Assembly (NCBI GenBank): GCA_964016885.1
Contig: OZ024740.1
Span: 403,372,001 to 403,436,000 of the forward strand
Reading direction: 5' to 3'
Length of the DNA stretch: 64,000 bases
Origin: Eledone cirrhosa
Lineage: Eukaryota
Part shown: positions 15,005 to 26,459 of the stretch, in pieces
Numbering within the stretch: position 1 is the stretch's first letter
Layout: the number at the start of each line of letters is the position of its first letter
Notes under the pieces: generated by a model
What the model was told of the DNA's origin: nothing
Seen by the model: only the letters and a program-made list of their open reading frames with translations
Database searches by the model: none
Made by a program: the position numbers and the translations under genes

Positions 15005-15395
15005 CCTACTCACCACCATAGGCACTGAGCTGGCCAGCCGCAGGTGTGGAGACTTCTGGTGTCCTTGGCCCTAGGGCTACCTCCCTACTCACCACCATAG
15101 GCACTGAGCTGGCCAGCCGCAGGTGTGGAGACTTCTGGTGTCCTTGGCCCTAGGGATACCTCCCTACTCACCACCATGGGCACTGAGCTGGCCAGCCGCA
15201 GGTGTGGAGACTTCTGGTGTCCTTGGCCCTAGGGCTACCTCCCTACTCACCACCATAGGTGCTGAGCTGGCCAGCCGCAGGTGTGAGCCTCGCGAGTTGG
15301 AATGGCTCTTCCAGCACATCTCCCTTAGCATCCTCCGGGGAAACACCTTCCTCATTCTGTCCGCCGGGGCTGTGGTGTGGCCAGCACGTGCTACC
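15005..15395 (+). mobile_element. CRE-like 3' fragment with an internal 79-bp tandem repeat (about 3.5 copies)
   Basis: Units start at 15005, 15084, 15163 and 15242. The final part encodes VETSGVLGPRATSLLTTIGAELASRRCEPRELEWLFQ. A more decayed piece lies at 14190-14290. Confidence 0.75.
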
Positions 15396-15623
15396 CCATT
15401 TGCTCACCATACAGAGATATGGGGAGGGTGAGAGAGATGGAGGCGATGACAGTGGGAGTTCGACTCTCCCACGTTCGGACCATATGTGGTTGTGTTCATT
15501 ATCTATAAAGTTCACTGTTCCTCTACCTATTTACTTATTATGTTCCATTCACTTTTTTTTATTATTTATTTATGTTGGTTTTGTTTTTACTTTGGTCATT
15601 TTTATTCGGAATCTTTATTTTAA

Positions 15624-15905
15624 CTAGAAGAAAACCCAACTTATGGGTGGTTTTCTGCTCGCATGTGTAGTGTGCATATTGATATTATACGCAAGTATAT
15701 ATGAATGTAGATATGAAACATCAAATAAAATCGTAATTGACAATATACACAGAAATTGAACGAAGACTGCGTTACACTCTCTTAGGTAATCAGTAACGTT
15801 TACATTTAAAAAAGTCGATATTATATATAAACTGCATTAGGAGAAAATTAGTGACGGAAATATATGAATATTTATTTAAGCGATCGCTAACCGGAAGAGT
15901 TGACA
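15624..15905 (-). mobile_element. Second copy of the short Helitron-like element
   Basis: Reverse-complement similarity to 7800-8088. Terminal hairpin and CTAG|T. Confidence 0.55.
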
Positions 15906-16016
15906 TTTGAAAATATTTAAGAAGTGAATCTTTAAATAAGTATTAAAATATATTTAATGAACAGCCACGAAATTTAGTTGATAAATTATGTAATATTCAT
16001 TCATTATTTATTCAAA

Positions 16017-16405
16017 GGGCGGTGGATTGGCAGTATCGGTAGAGGGTCGGACGCCATGCTTTCCAGCATAGTTACGTCCCTTTACGATCTGAGTTCAAAT
16101 CCCGCCGAGGTTGACTTTGCCTTTCATCCTTACGGGGTCGATAAAATAAAGTACCAGTAATGCACTGGGTATTTGCTGGCCTTGTGCCTAAAGTAGAAAC
16201 AATTATTTATTCAAAGGGCGGTGGATTGGCAGTATCGGTAGAGGGTTGGACGCCATGCTTTGATGCATAGAGTTACGACCCTTGCCATTCCGAGTTCAAA
16301 TCCCGCCGAGGTAAACTTTGCCTTTCATCCTTACGGGGTCGATAAAATAAAGTACCAGTAATGTACTGGGTAATTGTGGCCTTGTGCCAAAAGTAGAAAC
16401 AATTA
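16017..16405 (+). mobile_element. Two tandem young tRNA-derived SINEs with target-site duplication
   Basis: Full-length copies at about 16017-16205 and 16216-16405. ATTATTTATTCAAA occurs before, between and after them. Confidence 0.9.
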
Positions 16406-16966
16406 TTTATTCAAATTAATCCAACTTATTTTACAAACGGGATAAAAAAAAATATATTCTGGGTGCAGTCCCGCACTCCTTACTTCATTATAGTTTAGAT
16501 GCTTTATATATATTTCTTTATTTCTTATTTATTCCATAAATGGGAGGAATAAGCAAAATATTTTCAGGATTTTAAAATTGAAATGTTTTCGTATTGTGTA
16601 GATTTTACCGTAATCTTTATTTTATTCATCTTTTGTTCTATTGTGGATGTAATATTCGTGAGGTATTTTACAAAGTGTAACTGTAATAAAATATTATACC
16701 GTATTTCTCACATTAATTTTCCTGTTGTGGAGTTTATTTTTTTCCTTTTTCTATGACTAAAAAACATTACCGTAGTAATATGTCACTTAATTAGTCTTTG
16801 TTTACCGACACGTTAGTATGCAGATTGGAGCACTCGACGAAGTACTCAGGTTGATTCCAGTTCCTCGGAGAAATAACAAGCAACCAGGAGCTGGACATAT
16901 CGGAGTATTGATGGAGTAAAACACACTTAAACAACATGTGTACCTGTTTCTACCACATCAATTCGG

Positions 16967-17021
16967 ACTGCCTGAAGACGTCACATCCAATGATGGCTGT
17001 CGCAGAAATATATATAGCAGT
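16967..17021 (+). ncRNA. Type I hammerhead ribozyme motif, stem II probably damaged
   Basis: ACUGC-CUGAAGA-CGUCA cauccaa UGAUG gcugucgca-GAAA-UAUAUA-UA|GCAGU. 5-bp stem I, palindromic stem III, 9 unpaired nt on the 3' side of stem II. Confidence 0.65.
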
Positions 17022-17072
17022 ATATCTATAATTTATAATAAACGAAGCCAAATTTTACCTATTTGACTTAAT

Positions 17073-17138
<66 letters not shown>

Positions 17139-17335
17139 GGGATAACAAGTTATCGTTATAGGCAATCCACTTAGAGGTAGTCCAGTTAGAGTACTCCGTG
17201 TTGTGGATGGTATTAACGTATGGCTTAGTTTGACTCAACAAGACGCTTCCATAGTGATGCAGATCAAAGAAACAATTGTCAGCACTGTGAATAAAGCCCT
17301 TATTGTACAGACAACCATGTTACTCTTATCTCTTG

Positions 17336-17380
<45 letters not shown>

Positions 17381-20300
17381 GCTCTACATTATCCAATGTG
17401 CTCTTCCTATTTTAAGACAATATTTGTGTTCTGAGATTATTCGATTGCTATTCCTAGCAGATCAATCGACCAAATAGAGATACTTTCATTGTATTGATTG
17501 TTGTACATTGGTTGAATGTAGGGTTTTTCACTCAATTAATAGAATGAGATTTAGCAATTGAATCCGAGTTAGAGGATGTAGGAAATATTCCGATGTAATT
17601 GACGTAATTAAACACGTTTTATGAAGTGATTATGTTCAGAGCTATGCAATGTTTCCTGCTATTGACTGCGTTGTTTTCCGGTAAATATATACACACATTA
17701 TAACATTCTATCTTCATGTTCCAGTGGCCTTATGGATTGCCATGATTATTGTTATATCTAACACAATGCTTATTTATATACATACGATAATAATATAATA
17801 TTTGATGTGATGTCTTACGGTTACTTTACTGTTGTTTAAGCAGAGGTTAACTCTAATAGATTTAGACCTATTGTTGCAAGCGTTCCAACTGCGGCAAACC
17901 CGTCTTGTTTTCATACATAGTATGAACATCGTCATGTATATTTTTCTATATATTTGTTAAGGCGTAAAATTTGAGTTAAGAGAAATATTAGTGCTAGTTC
18001 TGGTTGACTCTTAAAATGTTGCTGTAGAATTTACACGTTATATAAATCAAAATAAAACAAAGATATCGCCAGTTAGATACTTCTTTTGATCTCCAGAAAG
18101 GTAATCAGGTGGAGCAATGACGAAAAACTCAGAGTCAAGAGATTAGTAGGCGCAGAGGTCAACAACAGGACCCAGTTGAGGGAACTATCCCGGAATGTAT
18201 AGGGATGGGTATTGATCTTGTAAATTCTCACCACGTACTTTTGCTAGCAGCTCCGTCCTATTTCAGTGGAAGAGTTGTTGGAAGTATGTTTAATGTACAG
18301 CCTTCTCGCATCTCAAGCTGATGCGAGTTCTGTGGGGTTTCAGATTTGGTTTGGCAGAAACACGAGTACTGCTCGTGTACGAGTTAGATAACTAACAATC
18401 AATTTATGCAAGAAATCTTCAGGGATTTGTGTATGTCACCCCCACACTCAGACATCAGCGAATGTTGCTGACCAATCCGAATATCCTGGGAATATTGTAC
18501 CGGCAAAACGGTCTTTAAAGGAACTCGAATCAGAAGTGTCAACCTCACGGGAGGGCTCGAGTTAGACTGCTGGGGGAGTTGGTACGCACGGCAAATTTAA
18601 TTTTTTAAGTAGATAAGGTCTTTTGTAAGGGATCTGCTTCTTTTGTTTTTGCCAGACAGAAAAGGGCATCAGGGTAATGTTGACCTTCTCTCGGGAACTC
18701 TTAGCTTTTCTTATGCAGGATGGTTATTTTATGGCCAGACCCGTAAGAGTGTTTTATTTCGTAAGGCAATTTTCTTCCTTTGATTGGAAAAGGTAAGAAA
18801 TTCTTCACATCTTTCATTACGACTTACAACTAAACATTCATTTTCCATAGAATTTTCGTTAGTTTAAACAAGTTATTTTAACAATTTTTGTGCAATACCT
18901 AATAATATTTAATTATAAAAAAATATAATAGATATTTTAAGCATCGAATAACTATGTAAAATATGAATCAAAGCGGTCTATAGGTAAAGAAAACGGTTGA
19001 GAACCACAGATTTACTACAAAAAGTGACCAACAAAACGATAACCTTGTAAGGGAAACAACTAAATCTAATTTAAAGGGAAGTAACTAAAGTAATACAATT
19101 TTGGATTTATGTCCCTTCAATCAAATATCGCATTTATTGATGAAGTTAACGAAATAGATCCGTACGCCTAATAAAGTTAAGGAATGGCAGTAGAACAGGC
19201 AACTAAAAATATACGATAAACACGCGTCTGTCTGTGTATGAGTCTACTTATGTATGTGTGTGCTGTATGTAACCATACTAAAAAATAGACCAGCATTAAC
19301 TGAAGAAACACTTTATGAATATAAGTAGACTACAGAATTTATTTTTACTTTTACTGTCAGCCTTTCCTTGTGAATACGTGGGTCGGCGTGTGTGTGTGCA
19401 TGCAGAAGAAGAAGAAGAAGAAGAAGAAGAAGAAGAGGGTAGGAGGAGGGTAAAAGTTTAGAAGGGTTGGTAGGCTTAGGCAAGAAATTAGGAAGAAATA
19501 ACAAATTGAGTAACATAGGTTTGTGCAAATTATAAGACTGACACCCTAAAATATATATAAACATATAGTAACTGAAATGTATACATGCATAAGTATATAC
19601 ATATGCAAAAAAAGATAAAGGGAGGTAGAAGAATTGAATAGAGAAGGTGCAAGTGTACCGAGGTAAGGATGTTATACAGCACTAGTTTACATACACACAC
19701 TACAAATATAAAGGTAAAGTTCCAACTACAAAGTCTGCCAGGTAACAAAAGAGTCAAGTGAGGAAAATAATTTTTTGGTTAAGGAGAGGAGGAGAAAATT
19801 TAATTGATGTCTATCCATAAGTATAAAGTGGGTAATATAACATGCTTTACCTTATGTTCACGAATGTAAGGTGACCTGCAGTGTAGGTTGACACTACAAC
19901 CTGCTGAATTACAGTGTTGAGTTACAGATATCCTTGCACCTCTTGAGATGTTTTAAGATACACTCTCCCAAATGGTTTTGGGAGAGTGCATCTTAAAGCA
20001 TCTCAACTAATTTTTGAAGATGTTTTCTCTTTTTTTTTCTCTTTTTTTTTAAAAGAAGTGCTGGTTCCGGAAGGATCAGAATAGTTTCAGAGTCTCTAAA
20101 ATAAAAATCTGAAGTTGCAGTGTTACAAAAAAGGGTTTGGGGTTAAAAGGTAATGAAGAAAGGAGTTCAGTTTGCAGATGTGCAATCATTCTACTGAAAA
20201 CTCAAAATTTTTTCTAATGGCAGTAATCAAAAATGGCAGTAAAGTGCACAGTTCTATCAGCTAAAAGGTTGACATTCCATTTTCATGGCTGACATAGAAG

Positions 20301-21730
20301 TTCCTCTTCAATAAATCTATTTGGCTCTCAAATACTGTACAAACATTAGTAAATCAGTACCATATGTAAATAAGCAGAAGAGCAATAGTCAAGTATTTCA
20401 TTAATTTGTAGTAGCTAAGCTAAATTAAGTTAGTCTTTTACAAATCCCAAGGAGAAATAGGACTAGAGCATATCCTTTGATTTTCCAATAGTGTTAAATA
20501 AGGAGGGATAAATTATTCTTCACTCTAGACCGTTTTTCCCATGCCAATAAACCATTTATGGTGCTGCTACTACTTACTGTAATGAATTATATGGTGATGG
20601 TAGACTTGGTAAGACACGAAGTAGTGGCAGTAATGAGAACTGCTGCGTCCAAAAGATAATAGAAAAGACAAAGAGCAACTACTTCAGAGTTATTCACTAT
20701 TGAACATGAAGACTTTGATGATGTTTCAATGATTTATTGGGTTACTAAATATGACTACATTAGTAGGTAGAGTTATGTGTCTTAACTAAGAACACAATTC
20801 ATCTGAGATATACTTTCACCTGAGAATCTGGAGTCTGGTATTTTTTCCAGAGGACCACTGTGTCTTGTCAATTAATAAACTAAATAAAGAAAAAATATAA
20901 AATGTAAAGATTTTTCATTCAATATTTGGAGGAACCATTCTTAAGTAATTCCATGAATCTTCTGATGGCTGGATCAACTTCATGTCTTCAAATATCTCTC
21001 TCTCTCTTTTACTCTATAGTCATTGATAAAAGACAAAAGAAAAAGTGTAACTATTATAATCAAAACACATTGTTCTACGTTTGAAAAAGTACATCTACTA
21101 ATATCATGATATTTGTAATATCTTATAATTGACAAGAACAGTTAAAATATGATACACAAAAAAATGATTACTTAAATATTAACTAGTTTAGGAACTATCT
21201 GCTAATAATTAAAATCTTACTAAAGTCAGCTTTTTCAGAGGGTGGTGATAGTGGTAGTGGTTGATGATCAGTAAAGTAAGAATCAATTTAAACAGAGATT
21301 AATTCAACTGATTTCAATTCAAACGTATTTCAATTCTCCGTTTTTGGACAATGAAAGAAATTATTTAACAAAATAAAACTTGAGATATGAATTTGAAGGG
21401 AAATTTATCTAGTGTGCTATATTATAATAATTGTTTCTACATTTGGCACAATGCCAGAAATTATCCCAGTGTATTACTGGTACTTTATTTTATCGACCCC
21501 GTAAGGTGAAAGGCAAAGTTAACCTCGGCGGGATGTTCCTAAATCATTTGTAGGTTTTTTCAATGCTCCAATACTTTAAAATATTGATGCAAATAACAGT
21601 AAACTATTAAACTATGTATTGTATATTGTTAGAAAATATGAAATGCATATAAATAATGTAGCTGTGCTTTAATCATATATTCTAAATATAGATTGTTTTG
21701 TTACTATATCTGTACATAAAAACAAAATCT

Positions 21731-21811
21731 TTAACTCGTTCTCTTATAAATGAGTTTTAAATGCCAGCCATCCCTGCCGAAATGTTCTTGATTATTGGTA
21801 TTGTTTCTGGT
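21731..21811 (-). CDS. Tentative terminal coding exon of the ODAD1-like gene
   Basis: Strong acceptor CTTTTCTGCTTTAG. Phase 0 reads TRNNTNNQEHFGRDGWHLKLIYKRTS*, giving about 482 aa in total. No recognisable homology, so frame and exon are uncertain. Confidence 0.35.
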   Translation of the reverse strand, partial: TRNNTNNQEHFGRDGWHLKLIYKRTS

Positions 21812-22556
21812 CTAAAGCAGAAAAGTAATATTTACAGTTTTAGATGCTGCAAAATAAACTTATTTTTATAAAGTAAATATTAGGATCTAAAAAAATTATT
21901 ATTAAGAAGACACAGTTCAGAATTGGAATAAATTCGTTTGTCATAAACAATCTAATGTTTTGGACAGCAGTGCCTGTCTTTGATGAAGCGAACTGCATGA
22001 ATAATTAGTCCTTTGTTACTATATTTCTCATGAAAAACACAATTAATTTTGAAAATAATTAAGAATTTGAAGGAATTTAGTTGTATAAGTAATTTACTCA
22101 TTATTAAATTGGTACTAGGAACATAACTTGAACTATTTGTTTTAAAGTTGGTATATTTACCTAAAACATTTCATCATAATTTTATGTAAGAACCTTTATA
22201 TCATAAAATCAAGAAGTAGTTCCAGCTCAGTGGGTATCAACGGAGTTAAACAATTTATTGCAATTTTGAACTACTTATTTGATCTAAAATATTGACTTTT
22301 TATTTAGGCACAAGGCTTGCAAATTTGGGGAAAGAGCAAAGTTGATTTAATCAACCCCAGTATTTGACTGGTACTTTATTTGATTAATATCGGAAGGATA
22401 AAAAGCAAAGTTGACCACAGCAGCATTTGAATTCAGAACATAAACAGCCAGAACACTGCATAGCATTTTATTAGATACTTTACTAATTCTGCTAATCCAC
22501 CATCCTTATTTTATCCAAAATATTAGAAAACAAAGTAAAGATTTTTTTAGCATTAC

Positions 22557-22805
22557 CGAAGATTCCAGATACTGGCTGATTTGTAATAGTTTTAAAACAT
22601 TCTGGTCAATTCCATTCATGAGTTCTTGAATAGTGGTTTCATCAGTTTTTGAGTCATTTGGTAAAGAATCTCTAAGGAATGCACCACAATGAAGAATATT
22701 GTATAATGACTCCATTCCACAGTAGAATTCATCAAACACCTTATTCCTTTCAATCAGGTTCTGACTTTCTTTTTCATATTGTTTGGTCGATTTTGAAATT
22801 TTTTC
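22557..22805 (-). CDS. ODAD1: ODAD1/CCDC114-like coding exon 7
   Basis: Acceptor TTTTACTGCAG, 249 nt. EKISKSTKQY...GMESLYNILHC...IQELMNGIDQNVLKLLQISQYLESS matches G..SLF..I.C and YLG.IEQR..ELL. Donor GTAATG. Confidence 0.85.
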
Positions 22806-23721
22806 CTGCAGTAAAATTAATTTTATAATCGCTGATAAGTATTGTAATAAACAATGATATTTAGTCATCAATAATTATATATTTTTGCTGCATTAAATCA
22901 GGGGTCAATATTAAGCCACAGCAGTCAATAGAACTACCCAGGGAACCAATTGTAATTTTGGTCAAAACCTGACATTTTTATAAGAAATAAAAATACATAA
23001 ATAATACAATAATAAAATACAACTTTTTTATACAGGTTTCTCATTTATATATAATTAATCTATTGACTATTTCTTAATAATTAAGAATTATTAATCTTAG
23101 TATATACAAGCATCTGTCTGTTTACTAAAATCAGTTCTGTATGAGCAAGACATGGTTACTGACCTTGCATTGCCCACAACAGAACAACTCGTCTAACTCA
23201 TGCTAGCATGGAAGAATGGACGTAAAACGGTGAAGATTTTGATGATATATATATATATATATATATAACAAATGAAGACATATGACAATTTCTCTGTTGC
23301 TGGCACCATGATAAGATACATTAAATACTATAAAGTGGTAGTGCTGGTGCCACAATAAAATACACCCATTATACTTTGTAAAATAGTTGGCATTAGGAAG
23401 GTCATCCAGGTTTAGAACCCATGGCAAGCCTCAAAAGTATGGAGAAGATGAGCTGTCTCTGACCCATCTAGTCCTGTACCATAACAACCTACCTAATGCA
23501 CACCACCATGGAAAGTGGATAATGTTGATGATAATGATATATACATGTGTGTGTATTTGCATGAAAAATAAGTGTTGAATTGTGATGATATGTATGTAAA
23601 CTCGACAACTCAAAAGTTACATTTACAATACCATCCCCGAATGTTTTACATACAATCACTAAATATTTTGTTCTTGCTCTAGAGACAATTATATAAAGAT
23701 GAAGTAAGTTGTATGTCAAAC

Positions 23722-24005
23722 CTTAATGGAAAAAATTTTGTCCTGCTGCTTAGCTTGCAAATTTTCACCAATTTCTTCCAGTTCTGATATGTTTTCACGT
23801 AGTTGTTTGATGTCTTCTGTCAGACTTTCATGTTCTGTACTTTGCTCATTAATATATTTAAAGAGAGAAAAATTCTCTTCTTCATTAGCCTTAAAATTAC
23901 TAATAATAGAATCAATATCTGTTAATCCAGTAATCTCTTCAACTCTCTGAAGTGCATTCTCATATATTTCAAGTTGCTGTCCTACAGTAGCCAAGTCTTT
24001 CACTT
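23722..24005 (-). CDS. ODAD1: ODAD1/CCDC114-like coding exon 6
   Basis: Acceptor TCTGATTTCAG, phase 1. YENALQRVEEITGLTDIDSIISNFKANEEENFSLFKYINEQ is the family hallmark (YE.A...I...TG..DID.....F...E..NF.LF.Y.NE). Donor AAG|GTTTGA. Confidence 0.9.
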
Positions 24006-24049
24006 CTGAAATCAGATAATTATAATGAATGCATTCCTTTATAATAGCA

Positions 24050-25025
24050 CTAGCAGTAAAGCCCGGCGTTGCTCGGGGTCGCTCAGTAGCTGTGTTAAAG
24101 TTACAATGTTAAGTTTCTTTTTTGGCTTAAAAACTGTAGTGTCTACTGTGCAGACTTGCATGTGGTGTTTTTGATTAATATTCCCTCAACCAACAATATG
24201 CCTTATGAAGTTAAGAAAACATAACGATAACCCGAATGTTATAACAAAAGAGGATGCTGGGGATAGAAACTGCACTGGTTATTTATTAACAAAGATCGAA
24301 AATGTAAACACTGCAACGCAGAGAAAAACATTAGCGTAACCAAATTATCAGTTATGTCTGTCTGTCTGCACGCCTATATCACCTCTCTGCACGACTGTCT
24401 GTCTGCACGACTGTCTGTCTGCACGCCTAACGACGAAATATTTGCTTGTTTTACGTAGTCTTTAAATAGACTTGTTTTCAAGTAAAAATATTGTTTTAAA
24501 ATGCTTTTAAATGGAAATGAAACAAAACGGGGTCGCTCAGTAGCTGTGTTAAAGTTACAATGTTAAGTTTCTTTTTTGGCTTAAAAACTGTAGTGTCTAC
24601 TGTGCAGACTTGCATGTGGTGTTTTTGATTAATATTCCCTCAACCAACAATATGCCTTATGAAGTTAAGAAAACATAACGATAACCCGAATGTTATAACA
24701 AAAGAGGATGCTGGGGATAAAAACTGCACTGGTTATTTATTAACAAAGACTGAGAAAGCCAGCGTAATTTTTTACGTAAGACGCTCAATGTAAACAGAAC
24801 AAAGGGAAATAACTGATCACTTACGCTCAAAAATCGATACATTATATTCGATTTCGTCACATAGGGTGGGTCAATTTGAAATTATTTTTTTTCCGATGTC
24901 TTCGCTAGGGCTCAATGTACAAAATTTAGCAATTTCGGTGCAATTCCGTGAGAGATTCTAAGAGGAGATGTGTGCCAAAAATCGATAGACAGACAGACAA
25001 CCACAGTTTTATATATATAGATAGA
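24050..25025 (-). mobile_element. Non-autonomous Helitron
   Basis: Minus strand starts A|TCTATCTATATATATAAAA..GTCTGTCTG and ends with hairpin CCCGAGCAACGCCGGG then CTAG|T. Internal direct repeat of about 220 bp (24075-24296 / 24528-24749). Confidence 0.85.
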
Positions 25026-26459
25026 TTGGAGATTATTTATTCAACTTTGTTTGTTTTGTTGTTGTTTGTTTTAATGGTCTTTGAATTATCTATACATTAA
25101 GAAAGGGGGGAGTTCTGTTTAATCCAACAACACCAAGTTATTTTTACAGACTTCAGAATAAGCTAGAAGACAAATCAAAAACTTTGGAGCGAAACACAAA
25201 ATATTGGAAGAACTCTAAAATTGCTTAAATTTTTGGCAAAATGCATGAATGCGTGATGAAAAGCAAATACTGAAAATACCCACATAATGTGGGAAAGTTG
25301 ACAAGCCTGCTCTGAGAGTTAAGTCACAAGCAGACAAAAATAAATTTACTCACGTATTGAGACACTATTTCAGGTTAACTTTCACACATACATAATTAAT
25401 ACTCCTGTATTAATCTTGCTTCTTTGACTTTAACATGTATTGTAAACTGTTAGTAATCTAAATTATATTATTTTAAATGCTTTCTTGGTTATTCTTAATT
25501 TTGTACATCGGGACATCATTTTTAATAAAAATTATTAATGAAACAGTAAAATATTTTGTATAGAACATGTTATTGATTCTATTATACCATCAACCAAACA
25601 ACATTTTCTGTTATCATGAAATGGTAAATTTGTAAAGTTTTCCTATTTTCTCATTAAGTATGAGGCTTGTAGCTTTCTGGACAAATAGGAATCTGATAAT
25701 ATGCATTCTTCAAGTTGGTGTTTACAGCATAATGTGGTTTTGATTCCTGGACTGGGTGGCTCATTGTGTTCTTGAGCAAAATATTTCATTTCATTCTACT
25801 TCAGTACATCCAGCTGAAAATGTGTACCAGCAGAATCTGGGAGTTAACCCTGCAATAGGCTAGTGTTCTGTCCAGGGGGGAATTGTATTCTTAGTCGTTT
25901 AATGCTGAGGAATCCAGGATAAGCACCAGCCTTATGAGCCTCAAGGCTTAGGACAGACATTAACTTTAATTGTCTCTATATATCTATAACCACTACAACC
26001 TCATGATATATTATTACTACAGTAATACAGCCTTCTACTATAGGAAAAATTGTTGAACAACAAAGAACTAAGACTTTCAGCATTTCATTATTATCAGTTT
26101 CTGTCATTTGAATGAAAATCTCCAACATTCTTTTCTAATAAATAAATTGTTCTTATTAGAGTCATCAATAAGAACTTTTTAAGTTTTGATAATTTTAGGT
26201 TCATCATGACACATCATCATCATCATCATCATCATCGTCATCGTTTAACGTCCATCTTCCACACTAGCATGGGTTAGACACAATAACAATAATCAAAAAA
26301 TAGGACATGAAGAGCTTATGGAAGTAGAAACTATGCCAAAATGGAATGGATGGACAAGACATGGTCATCTGATCTGTCTAGTCTTTGACGATGACAAACC
26401 ATCCAACCGATGCCAGAGGGAAAACAACACAAAGCAATAATGAATATATATATATGTAT

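Noticed and set aside
18060-18800. GC-richer segment, possibly a decayed retroelement (likewise 40450-41300 and 46980-47560)
   Set aside because: No motif I can identify confidently; needs a translated search against TE proteins.
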